Positions 33,918 to 44,862 of a stretch of 64,000 nt of DNA are shown one piece after another. The notes under the pieces were generated by a model. It was given only the letters and a program-made list of their open reading frames with translations, did no database searches and was not told where the DNA came from. The position numbers were made by a program, and so were the translations under genes. Source of the stretch: Paramoeba atlantica (lineage: Eukaryota; Protista; Discosea); assembly GCA_977017575.1 (NCBI GenBank), contig CDRNVI010000100.1:4543-68542 (forward strand), written 5' to 3'. Within the stretch, counting starts at the first letter, position 1; every line of letters starts with the position of its first letter.

Positions 33918-34595
33918 GTGCACATTACTTTTGAGGAGGAATTTATTCGTCTTTTATTCTATCAACACTTTTTGCTTTTTTCGCGTAATGTTTCTCACAG
34001 ATCTGCCAATCGTGTACCTACAAATCCAGGTTTTTTGTGCCGTGACACTCACCCCCCTTTAGCAGGTAAGGTACGTGGAGTTCAACTTCCTTCGGAATAT
34101 GAACTTGCTCGTTTTGTTCAGACCTTCGCAAACAGACATCCCACATGGGACGCATCGGTATCAACAGGTTCCTGGAAAGGTGTTGTGTGCGACAAGAACG
34201 AAAATGTGCAAGATATTTATTGGTATGGATATAAACTTAATGGAAACGTTTCATGGGAATATATTCCGAACTCTGTAAAACACCTAAGTTTGGCGAACAA
34301 TGAGCTTCATGGCTCGGTTGATATCGCTGCATTGCCACGAAATATGAAGGGGTTGCAGCTACAAGAAAACGAGTTTTCTGGAGTACTTGAGCTTGAGGCA
34401 CTGCCGCCTACCATCACGGACGCAAACTTTTCTTTGAATAAATTTAGTGGGACGGTCGACTTGTGTCATTTACCGCATAGTATGAAAGAATTACGTTTAA
34501 ATGATAACATAGACCTTTCCGGTTTTGTATACATACGTGACCTTCCGGATTCACTTAGGACGTTTGGGTGGCAAAGAACTAATATATTGGTCTGA
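33918..34595 (+). CDS. Short LRR protein; probable frameshift near its 5' end
   Basis: AGKVRGVQLPSEYELARF as in paralogues, plus LRRs; no in-frame ATG upstream, and an ATG at 33988 is out of frame before a C6 run (~34052). Confidence 0.65.
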   Translation: MHITFEEEFIRLLFYQHFLLFSRNVSHRSANRVPTNPGFLCRDTHPPLAGKVRGVQLPSEYELARFVQTFANRHPTWDASVSTGSWKGVVCDKNENVQDIYWYGYKLNGNVSWEYIPNSVKHLSLANNELHGSVDIAALPRNMKGLQLQENEFSGVLELEALPPTITDANFSLNKFSGTVDLCHLPHSMKELRLNDNIDLSGFVYIRDLPDSLRTFGWQRTNILV

Positions 34596-35461
34596 ACCTT
34601 AAAGTTTAATATCGGGAGGTGGTTCGCTCAAAACCAACTTTCGATACCTTTTTGCTGACAATATCTGCGAAGAATTCGATGGAAAATATCTGTATGCAAC
34701 ACTATTTCTTCATTCATACATCGGGGTTCCATGGAACACGGAACACTGTTCCGGGAACAGGAATATCGCTGTCCCGCATTTCGGTCCTATTCAAAAAAAT
34801 TGGGGTACGAGGACACTTCCGTGAGTACTCATCAAAACGCCCACGTGTCAAAACGAAAATCATTGAAACGAAAGAAACTCATCGAAGGTGATTTTAATTA
34901 CTTTTGAGGTGGTTTTCGACTCGGGAGTAAACGCATGTGCAGTCATGATGATGGCTAGGCCATTTGCCACGTAGGGATGTGGGTGCAGTCATGAAAAAAA
35001 ACGTTACGAAAAAAAATGTAGAAACGTGAAAGCAAAATAATATCTGTGACTCTTATTAGAAATGTGATTTTCCATTGATTTAAAGATCGTGATACCATAT
35101 TAAATATAGAAGCGCGCGCAAGTTAATCAAAAAATTACCTGGACAAAGAAATCCTAGGATTCGCACGGCACCAAGAAAACCACAGAAAACTCAGATACGA
35201 GACAAAAGAATATGCGCAAAAAACCGTTGCTATGGACGGAAAAGCTCGGAAGGCGGGGGTCGCTAAGCCCCTGCATTGTATACAATGCCCCTGGCCTATG
35301 GCCACTTTACAGTAGCCATGAAAAAAAATATGTGCAGAAAATAGAATTGTAGATTTAAAATTATAATAACACCTAAACCGTTGCTTCGCAGCCCGATTAA
35401 CCCGGGGTGCGGAAATATATGTAAATACGGATTTAAGCTTCATTTCGGGAGTCATGCGAGG

Positions 35462-35645
35462 CAACCCAGGGCAAAGTGGACGAGGGAGATACCAATAGTT
35501 TAGCTGCGGCAGTTTCCAAAGGAAAAACGGCATCTCTACCGTTTTAGGCGCTTGCCTTCATGCCATAAGGGAGATACTGTTTTTCCTTTGGAAACTGCCA
35601 CACCTAAACTTTTGGTATCTCCCTCGTCCACTTTGCCCTGGGTTA
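35462..35645. mobile_element. Foldback/MITE-like hairpin element of the same family as 17244-17433
   Basis: AACCCAGGGCAAAGTGGACGAGGGAGATAC...GTATCTCCCTCGTCCACTTTGCCCTGGGTT; arms ~65 bp. Confidence 0.75.
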
Positions 35646-35989
35646 CATAGGAAAAACATGTTCCCTAGGACTCCATACAGCTTCCCACGCGAGGAAGTCG
35701 TCGTCTCTGCGGCAAAAAGGCGGAAGGCTCCGCCTTCTGCCTTTTGCCTTGCGCCTCCTCCTTCCTCTACGGTCTTGCGTATCCCAAACTTCAAGTTGCA
35801 AAAATCATACGTGGGAAATTCGGGTTTGCAAATCGCTTCCGAAGGGGGTCTCGAGTCGTCCAAAAGGTGCGTTTTTCTTTCCTAAAATTCTTCTTTCCTT
35901 ATGGTGCTGCCTTTGGTTCTTTGCGAAAAAAACCTTTTCCGGAAAAACTTTTTTCGGGCCAAATTTTATTAATACTGGGTAGCGAGGGA

Positions 35990-36300
35990 GTAGTATCTCC
36001 CTCAATAAGGTAGTTATTTGTTCTTTGGTTATCGGGCGCGCCTGTCGCAGCGGTATCGAATCGCTGGACCGGACCAGCGTCTTTGCTAGCAACTCCGAAT
36101 GGGTTGCCGGTCTTTGCGCTTTTGTTAGCACTGAAATGAGGTGCTTCAAGTAGGTGTGTTTGTTCTGTATTGTCACCTGCAGTCCCGAGATAAACGACAC
36201 CAGGTTGTCGTCCTTTAGATGACTTTTAACGAATATACATTTGTAACTAAATTTTGTAGAACGCACCGAAAAAAGATTTAAATTGGCTGATAAAACAAAA
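35990..36300 (-). pseudogene. Possible tyrosine-recombinase N-terminal fragment (TATE/VIPER/DIRS-like)
   Basis: ..KHTYLKHLISVL..LAKTL..SIPLRQARPITKEQITTLL resembles the linker before YR catalytic domains; no catalytic residues are present. Confidence 0.3.
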
Positions 36301-36310
36301 ATATGGCTAC

Positions 36311-37096
36311 TCATGCCAACTTATGCCAATTCATGCCAACTTGTGCCAGTTCATGCCAACTCATGCCAACCAAGACTTGCACAGTCTCCTTTGAATGAGG
36401 CAGTATCAGCCTATTAGTGCGACTGTCATAAAACCCCCCATCCGCAAGAGCGCGAAGATTGCATTTCGACAAAAAACTGAGGACCCCGCTGTGATCTTGA
36501 ATAACTGCATCCGAAGATGCTCCACAATACAAAGTGTCAGATGTGAAGCAAACAAATCCTGACATTGTACACGCCACGAGAGCCTTAACTACGTGCGTAG
36601 CGTACTTTGGCTGGTAACAACGAGGTAAACTATCAACAAAAAGAGGGACAGTGCCCAAAGCCACTGTAACATCTTTATCCCAGAAAGGAAATGCAGTGTT
36701 AGCTTCGTGAAAAAGAATATCAGAGTCAAGGGACAACCAAGATTCTTTCATATTCTGATACATTTTCTTGAAAAAAGCCGGTATTTTGTCGGCACAAGAG
36801 CGTTCAGACCATCCTGGGCCAAATTTTAACAGCATAAGTTCAGAGGTGATGTCGTAACTACCCCCGCATCGTAAAAAAAGAAAGCTGGCAAAAATTTCCT
36901 CGAAAGGGTAAAAATGCCTTAGCAGGGCAAGAACTCGGTGGCTTAGCCCACAGAGAGAAAGCTCAGAATATTTCATCTCATATGGGGCATCCGGTTCACG
37001 TGCATCCGGTTCCACATCAGATTCAGATGGAGGGACAGAGAAAGGTTCGGGATTCGAGCCACTACTCAGCGCCGAGGTATCTGAAAAGGGCACCAT
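36311..37096 (-). pseudogene. DDE_Tnp_4 (ISL2EU/Harbinger/IS5-like) transposase, truncated
   Basis: LFVDS, YQPKYATHVVKALVACTMSGFVCFTS..YCGASSDAVI, ALADGGF; ends in ATGCCAAC 10-bp repeats before the catalytic E. Confidence 0.7.
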
Positions 37097-37422
37097 AAAG
37101 ATAAAGGAACAGAACAGAAAAGCAATGTAGAGCTTGTTAATAACAGTACGTTTTAAAACCATGTGTCAAGGAAATAGCATTTTAATACACAATATAAATT
37201 ATTTGTATATCTTGAACATAATGTACATAAACTGTTGTATCTTAAACTTGCTTGAACAATCTTATCTTGCACTTACAATGCTTCCTTTTCCATGCCTTAC
37301 AGCTTTACTTTACTTACTGTTTTTAAAGTGAAGAGTATGTGGAGAACGGGTTTAGGCAATACTGTCGCTCCGATGACGTTTCGGACCGCTAACCTCGTTT
37401 CTTCCATTTGTATCGCGTATTT

Positions 37423-38219
37423 CTACGATTTCAACCTCAGCTTCTGCGGAGATGGAACTACGAGGCGGAGGTCTCGCAACGTGGAAGAGGTGGAAGTTGT
37501 CAGTCTTTCGGTCTTTGATGATGCGACGTTGCAGAAGGTCATCTTTAAGGGATTAGACTTCACTTGCTTCCAGTGTTGCCGAAAGTTTATCCTTGACATC
37601 ACCTTGAATTTGATGAACAAACTTTCGATCAACTTCAAGGTTTGCATCCCCCAAAGTCGATAAAAAGCTCTCCACCAAAGCTACTTGATCGTCGCGTAGT
37701 CTCTTTTTCTCGTTCGCACGCACACCTTCGTACATGCGCCACATGTTTCGAAGAAATTCTTGCAAGGAGTTGCGTTCTTCGGGGTGAAGAGGGTGGTTGA
37801 AGTATGCGCATATTGCTTCCGCAGAGAGAGAGAGATGTAGTGCTTGATGGAAACATCTTTAGCTCGCTTGATTAGGATAAGGACCTGTGCCACGTGACCG
37901 AACATGAGTTTCGTGCCGCAAAGCATACGGCCAACGTACTCTGCACACACATTGAGAACTTTATTCTCTTGAAGCTCACGAGCGTGGAGATGGTAGAAGT
38001 CGTGGAGATGGCACTGGGCAGAAGTCGTTCCGAGTCCTGTGGAGCATTGCATAGAGGACAGTAGTTCGTTCCTATGATTACCGAGACCCTTTGACATTGG
38101 ATGCAAGGATCTTTTGCATCACTTTTAATGGTGCATGCACACATTACACACCGTATAGGTTCCCCCAAAGACACGTGGCGGTCCACCTTGCAGCGAGGAC
38201 AATACATTTTTCCCATCAC
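37423..38219 (-). pseudogene. Decayed gene with four N-terminal CxxC pairs
   Basis: CPRC, CVMC, CIQC, CPLC, then protein-like segments continuing in shifted frames. Confidence 0.35.
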
Positions 38220-38849
38220 AATAAATTTGAATAGGTGGAGAGTTCGAATCTAGAAAATAATAATAATGATTATCATTTTGCATCACAAGGGAGCAACGTT
38301 TAAGAAATAGCAGTAACAATCCATATTTGATCAACTAAACTTATACTAAATGATCAACAAAGACCAGTATCAGTGCCACACTTTGGCCCACCATGGCCCC
38401 TAGTGGCCCACCGTGACCCCGAGTGGACCCGGGTGGACCCGAAAAAGACGCCAAATTGCAGGGGGTCCACTGCAATCCAGTGCCAACTTGTGCCAGCCAG
38501 TGCAAGCCACAACGGCCATTATTCTAGGGGACCCCACTCGCACCTTTATCTGGCATAAAAAGTGGCCACTTATATTGCATACTAATCTGCACCTTTATAT
38601 TGCATAATGCACCTTTACATATATATTAAGCTGCACTTTTATATTGGATAAATTCTGCACCTTTATCTGGCATAAAAGTTGGAAAAAAATCGAGCTCTTA
38701 AATTTTTTTCGAGCCCGTAGAAATTTTTCGACCCCTTAAAAAAATTCACCCCTTAAAAAGTATGATCATTTTTCGTTGGTTTTCGCGAAATTTGAGGTTG
38801 ACTGGAAATTTTAGGTTTTTCACGTTGCCAAAAAATGGAAAAAAATAAA

Positions 38850-39235
38850 TTCACTTTTGCTCCCGGTGAGGCCCCGGAGTTGCGAGAGGGCACCCGGACA
38901 TTTATAATGCATATTAAGCTGCACATTGCTAATGCATATAGCACATTTGTAATGCATATAGCACATTTATAATGCATATAGCACATTTATAATGCATATA
39001 GCACATTTATAATGCATATCACAATAGTGAATTTCTTGGACACCTCAACTTAATTTTTTTTGCAGCATTCACCAGTTTATGTCGCAGACGGGTAAACAAG
39101 GTCTGGGTTTATTGGCCCGGCCGGCCCCTCCGTGCGTTCGGCCTCTCATATTCCCCAAAACAACTACCACCTTCCCCCCATTTATCAGGGGTCGCTCACG
39201 CGACCCCCGTTAAATAGGGGGGGGGGAGGTTGTCA
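38850..39235. repeat. Composite repeat: GCTCCCGGTGAGGCCCCGG module, 20-bp array (GCATATAGCACATTTATAAT) and GGCCCGGCCGGCCCC module
   Basis: Each module recurs at 50.6-51.0, 53.4-54.2, 57.0-57.1 and 62.9-63.3 kb. Confidence 0.8.
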
Positions 39236-40174
39236 CTCAGATTCGTCCTGTACTACAATCTTGCTGAAGGTAATGTTTCAGTTTCATACCGGGCGAGCCG
39301 GCAGAGCATTTTCCTGTTTTATGACGACCGTTATCAACGGCCATTACAGCGCATTCAACGCCGGTCGTACGCAGAGATTCGGCCGGCTATGTCTCTACTT
39401 CGTTGACCCGTCAGCGAGTGTGATTTGATCAACGCTAAGACCTGTTACATTTGCGATCTGCAAAACTGTAGAGGAAGGAGGAGGCGCAAGGCAAAAAGCA
39501 GAAGGCGGAGCCTTCTGCCTTTTTGCCGTAGCGACGACGACTTCCTCGCATAGGAATCTGTAAGGATCCCAACAACAACAAGGAGCCTAGGATCTGCTTT
39601 GGAACCGCGGAATTGGGGAGCTGTTAGGATTGGGTGAAAATTATAATTCCTGAAAATCTTTCATCGACTCTGAGACCCAGCTGCGGTTCCGCTCTTCGGT
39701 CAATGGGCCCCGAGAATATGGTCTAGTTCTTTAATGTGCGGTGATTGTCCGGCTTTAGTACGACTGGTTTTCCTTCAGGAAACATGGTTATTTTAGCCGG
39801 GGAGGCCGGTCTTCGCGCCTTGTAAGGGAGAGGCGTGGCCGGTTTACTGGACCCAAAGTGGCATGAAGAACACTTCGTGTGTTTCATTTTGAATGGAGAA
39901 AAATGTTTATTGCAGACAGCACAAGGCTGTTTGAGTTGGAAGGCCTCAGCGGTGAGGAGGATTTCTTTTTAAAGTCTGGATCTGGAAGGCCAGTGTTCTC
40001 ATGTTATGCTCCAGGAGAGCTATGGTCTATTTCTTATCACTGGGGCCACGTTTCTTGCTCTGTTGAGTACACTTTTCGCAGAAACGGTGATGGGGGAGAT
40101 GGGGGACGAAGTATGTCTCACAATCTGAACATACTCATGTAGAGATCGTGAAAAACGTGTCATGATAAAAAAAT

Positions 40175-40206
40175 CAACAAGGTACAGAAACTGTATCTTT
40201 ATCGTT
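40175..40206 (-). other. Relic spliced-leader sequence at the head of a probable retrocopy
   Basis: Minus strand AACGATAAAGATACAGTTTCTGTACCTTGTTG followed by non-GT sequence; core matches the conserved kinetoplastid/diplonemid SL CAGTTTCTGTAC..TTG. Confidence 0.75.
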
Positions 40207-40311
40207 AAAAAATATAGTTTTGAGGAAAAATGTTTAGGGTCATTTATGAAAATTAATGAGGGGGGGAGTATATAAAACGTTTAGAGCCTTTTTTACTATA
40301 CGGGTTGTTAA

Positions 40312-42873
40312 TTGTGTAAACGTTTTGGCAGAAAGGATTGTACTATGATGCCAGTGCACTCGAATTCGATGCCCCAGCCAGCCGAAAATCCACACGTACA
40401 ATTTCCAATCGAAATTTTCTGCGAACACGTTGAACGCAGAATGCTATGGCAAAAAAACATCAAAAGAAATTTACCCGCACTGTGTCCTTCAGGTGACACC
40501 TCGGTGTCAGTTTCATTTCCTGCTGTCCTTAAAATAGCCTACCCAGTATTTACGGTTCAATGGATAAACTCTACCGTTTTACTGGTAGCGGGGGGTGGAG
40601 GCCGTTCATTTGGGATTCCCAATGCCGTGCAGTACATATTTTTGCATCCTAGCCGGACGCCACCAATCTCGAATGAACATCGACTTCCTACTGAAGTTGC
40701 CCCACAAACCGACCGGGTGGCAGGCACCAAGAAGGGAGTACCTACTGATGACTGTACTCTACAGGTTTCCACAGTTTCACTGTCGCGACACCAATCTGTG
40801 TGGGATTCACTAACCACGCAAATACCAGACGAGAGACATGATTATGGTCTGGAACCAAATTCCACTCGTATACCTTGCCTCTCTTCTACGTTTCTTTCCG
40901 CACTCAGCCACCCAAAAGGTCTTTCTTTCCGAACGATGGAGTTAGCCGCTTCGTGTAGTCGACACACGAACAAGGAAGACGGTCAACGAAGCAGTGTAAG
41001 AAACCCTGTTTTCGACTCCCAGGAAATCAACGTTCTCGACCTCACCTCTACTTCTCTCATGCAGCCCAATAAAAAGTGCATTGCCTTGGTGTCTGTCCAA
41101 CACGCGGACCCTTGCGGGCGTATGACAACGCTGGTTCGCTATGTCCTCTCCCAAGACGATGGCGGAATAAAGGTGATCGAGGTCAGCCTCGTGGCATCTC
41201 GCACGGAAAACACACAATCGTCTACTTTGTCTTCCTCTGCCCGTATTTCATCTACGTCTTCTACTCTATCACACCTTCATGCGACATATCTCCCCTGTGA
41301 GAAGCGAAGTTGTCGAGCTCGACGCCATCACTTTCTTTCCAGTCCTAATCGCTGTTCATACGCCACAAAAGAAGCCACTACAGAGTCAAAAGAGGATCCA
41401 GAATCCAAAACCCCCCTTTCCCCGTCTCAACAGGAGTTGCGGAGAAATAGTCGGAGAGACCATGCTGCATCGAAAGACGATCCCAGGAGAGAATTGGACC
41501 GGAACACTAATGCGAATATTTACCAGGACGATGAACTTCCCACCGGGTTGCGTTCCGAGTCTCACACCTCTTACTGTTGCGGGTGTGAGGAAAGTCCATC
41601 GAATCATGATACCCCTTCGACACGCCTGGCATCTTCCCGTTCACTTCCCTACGTACTGGATATGAACACTTTCCTAGGAAGAGGTGCCGGCTTCGAGCAA
41701 AGGCGCAGCGAGAACCCAGACACGAATCTTCACGCTAAGTGCAGCTCTAGGACTTCGGCGAAAACCTTGTCAGAGTCTTCCCTTGGCGAGTCCAACATAT
41801 CAGAGAGTAGAACATACCCACGTAGCACATGCATTCAAACACTCCTGGCCGTCACTAGTTCTCGTGGAGGGGTGTTTCTGTACGTACTGTGCCCTGCCTG
41901 CGCGGCCATGACCCTGCTGTGTAGTTACCACACCCTTCCCCCGGAACTCAGCTCTCCTCACGGTGTGTCCACTTCCCTTGTCCCTTCCTCCTGGTTAGCA
42001 TCTCGCAAGCCAACCTCTTCCTCACCCGTGCGTTGGTCACACTGCCGATTTGATCCACAAAACGGAGAGACGCTTTACGTGGTGCTCAACCACACATCCA
42101 CCGGGAGTGTGCTGCTGGTGTTGGGGCTCGAGCGTGCGCACACGACTTACTCGCCTTTGACAAAGCCACCCACGCCCCATTTCTGCGACACAGAGAACAG
42201 TTTTGAAAACCAACACATCCGACTACGGTACGTCCGTAGCTCGTTTTTAAGCAAGGACAGTGTCACAGCATTGACCTTTTTTCCTGCGTTGCTGGAACAA
42301 AGCGACGCATTACCTTTGGCGTGTACGCCGTCATCTGTGTCACCTCTTCGCTCCAACGACACAGAACACAAATTCTTGACTTGTACTTCGTGTACACACG
42401 AGATGGGGTGGTCCCCACCCCGGACTTTTACGTCAAAAAAGAAAACGACAACACAACCAACCCCTTATGGATTGCTTCTCGGCACCAGCGAAGGGACCGT
42501 TTTTCGCGTGTACCTCCCCTGGGGGGTCTGCCTGGGACCTCACGCCCGGCTCCATCACGCCCCCATCACGAGCCTATCCCTCTCTTGTGTGGAGCATGGC
42601 GACGGGGGTGAGAAGCCTTTTGTTCCGAGTCCCACAGCCCGGTGTACAACGACTCCACTGCTTGCCAGTGCGGATCTCACACGCGTTGTGCGACTGACAC
42701 CGCTGAGTGCCACTGAGTCGTTTGCGACGCGTTGGGTGGAATACCTCACAAAAAGTCAGAGGGAGGCTTGTATGATGGTCCTGACCAGAACGACATGGGT
42801 GGTTGCCCTTCTCCTGTGGTGGGTACTGCTGCCACTAATTGGGACGTTCCTCGTATTACGACTGTATGGATAA
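40312..42873 (+). CDS. SEC12: SEC12/PREB-like WD40 protein with C-terminal TM and large insertions
   Basis: YPVFTVQW..LLVAGGGGRSFGIPNAV (Sec12 GGGG loop), GLLLGTSEGTV, HHAPITSLS, terminal hydrophobic helix. Confidence 0.6.
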   Translation: MCKRFGRKDCTMMPVHSNSMPQPAENPHVQFPIEIFCEHVERRMLWQKNIKRNLPALCPSGDTSVSVSFPAVLKIAYPVFTVQWINSTVLLVAGGGGRSFGIPNAVQYIFLHPSRTPPISNEHRLPTEVAPQTDRVAGTKKGVPTDDCTLQVSTVSLSRHQSVWDSLTTQIPDERHDYGLEPNSTRIPCLSSTFLSALSHPKGLSFRTMELAASCSRHTNKEDGQRSSVRNPVFDSQEINVLDLTSTSLMQPNKKCIALVSVQHADPCGRMTTLVRYVLSQDDGGIKVIEVSLVASRTENTQSSTLSSSARISSTSSTLSHLHATYLPCEKRSCRARRHHFLSSPNRCSYATKEATTESKEDPESKTPLSPSQQELRRNSRRDHAASKDDPRRELDRNTNANIYQDDELPTGLRSESHTSYCCGCEESPSNHDTPSTRLASSRSLPYVLDMNTFLGRGAGFEQRRSENPDTNLHAKCSSRTSAKTLSESSLGESNISESRTYPRSTCIQTLLAVTSSRGGVFLYVLCPACAAMTLLCSYHTLPPELSSPHGVSTSLVPSSWLASRKPTSSSPVRWSHCRFDPQNGETLYVVLNHTSTGSVLLVLGLERAHTTYSPLTKPPTPHFCDTENSFENQHIRLRYVRSSFLSKDSVTALTFFPALLEQSDALPLACTPSSVSPLRSNDTEHKFLTCTSCTHEMGWSPPRTFTSKKKTTTQPTPYGLLLGTSEGTVFRVYLPWGVCLGPHARLHHAPITSLSLSCVEHGDGGEKPFVPSPTARCTTTPLLASADLTRVVRLTPLSATESFATRWVEYLTKSQREACMMVLTRTTWVVALLLWWVLLPLIGTFLVLRLYG

Positions 42874-43138
42874 AGGGAAGAAAAAAATAATGCTGGTAAA
42901 TTGTTGTTTAGTTAAATATTAGCTACTCAACTAGGTTTACGCAATTAACGAGAGTAAAAAGGAGGTGCTGTACTCATGTTGTTTATCTTGCTTGTCACGA
43001 AATATCGTCAAAAAGCGAATCACTTCGCCTTATTCATAGTAGGACAGCTACTAGTACTTTTGGTTCCAACTAAAATTCTTCTACTCTTACTAAAATTTCA
43101 GGTTTTCTAAGATTTCCTATACTGTTTTGGCGAAAAGG

Positions 43139-43714
43139 ATGGATATTTCTGTGATTTCAACTTCGCGTGCAGGTAAAGTCAGGGGCATGAAATTACCATT
43201 AGAGTACGACCTTGCCAAATTCATTAGTGAAATTGAAAATCCGTATCCCTCATGGAGTACTGCTACGCCTGCCTGTGAATGGGATGGAGTGAAGTGCAAC
43301 AATAAGGGTGATGTTACTGAAATCAATTGGAGTTCTCGACAGTTACGTGGTGTGTTGCATTGGGAACATCTACCCCAATCACTTATTTTGTTGAACATTC
43401 ATAACAACCAGCTCTGCGGCAACGTAGATTTTTCTGCGCTACCCCGGGGATTGCAGAGAATGTGGATTGGTGAAAATTTGTTTAGCGGAGAATTGCATTT
43501 TAAAGATCTTCCTCCCACGGTTACTGTTTTGAATGCGTCGAGTTGTCGTTTCAGCGGTCATGTCGACTTTTTAAGCATTCAACATTCATCTCTTGCAAAA
43601 ACCGCGTCAGGTTTCGACCTACTGAATAACCCTGCTCTAAAGGGTACAGTCTCCAGAAACGTAATTCCTCAAGATGCTTATTGGGGGATTCCCGACTCAT
43701 GGATTAAAGAATAA
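43139..43714 (+). CDS. Short LRR protein
   Basis: RAGKVRGMKLPLEYDL, CEWDGVKCN cap, LPQSLILLNIHNNQLCGNVDF. Confidence 0.8.
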   Translation: MDISVISTSRAGKVRGMKLPLEYDLAKFISEIENPYPSWSTATPACEWDGVKCNNKGDVTEINWSSRQLRGVLHWEHLPQSLILLNIHNNQLCGNVDFSALPRGLQRMWIGENLFSGELHFKDLPPTVTVLNASSCRFSGHVDFLSIQHSSLAKTASGFDLLNNPALKGTVSRNVIPQDAYWGIPDSWIKE

Positions 43715-44261
43715 TCGCTTTGACGTTTTCACATTTGTTCAAGAGCCATTAGAGCTAGCCATGAAAAATTAGATTCGAACTGTCAGCTAAACACTGTAAG
43801 CTTGCGAAAGTAATTTTCGCGCAATTGTACAACTGGGCTGAGGTGAAGTGTATTGTACAAGGGTAAAATGCGCATACATAATTTGCGGTAATTGTACAAC
43901 TACAGTAAATGCCACTATTCTGAGAGTCGCTAAAAATGAAAATTGGGCTGTCAACGTACAACTGGCTAAAATGAGAATGCACTTTGAAAAATGAGAATAA
44001 TACATACAAGTGTGTGTCAACGTTCACTTGTATGTCAACGTTCAATTGAATTCGACACTAAAAGCTCGGGGGGAATAAAGCTGTATAAAGCTGAATATTC
44101 ATCGAAAGTGCCGCACCTTCAATGACCGTTCATCGAAGGTGCCGCACTTTCGATGAATCATTCATCGAAGGGTTCAAAAGTGCTTTTTGAAAAAAATTGA
44201 CGAAAAAACGGGAAAGAAACAATCCGGATTTTGTTGTCTAACTTTATTGTGCAACTGAAGA

Positions 44262-44862
44262 TTGTGGTGGTTGTATAACTGCCGCTCTACCCTCGATTAT
44301 TGCGGTGGTTGTATAACTCCCGCTCTACCCTCGATTATTGAAAAAAAAGTGAACGAAAACAGTGAAAATATAAATAAGAACACAGTAATAATAGAAGAAA
44401 AATATATAAAAGGGGCTCCGGTGGTCCAAAAATTTTCAAAAAAATTCGGACCCTTGGGGGGTCCAGGGGGGGGCATATCGCACGATTTTTTTTTGAAAAA
44501 CTTATTTTTCGAAATAAAAGCGCAGAAAGGATAGCCGGGGTCCTGGCGCGTATTTTCCACCCCCCTACCCGGGGGTGACCCCCCTGGTATGCGCAGGGCG
44601 GGTCCGTCAAGTTTAGATATTTTCGGAACTTTTTTGAAAAAATTTTCAACTTGACGAAAAAAATGGTAAAAAAATATTTTTCCAAAGTTGTTTCGCCTAT
44701 TGTGTTTTTATAGTTTGGGACCTATTCTAGCTTTCTACGCCATTGGTTTTGCGAGGTGTCGCTTCTTGAAGCCGTGGTACGCCTCCCAATATGACCCATT
44801 TTTGACCAAAAAAAGCGAAAAAGTAATTTTCGGAACCCAAGGGGTCTTTTTGGGTCGGAACG
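44262..44862 (+). mobile_element. Partial Helitron2-like non-autonomous copy with a tandemly duplicated 38-bp hairpin terminus
   Basis: Reverse complement of ~9890-10443; TTG(C/T)GGTGGTTGTATAACT.CCGCTCTACCCTCGATTA occurs twice. Confidence 0.75.
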
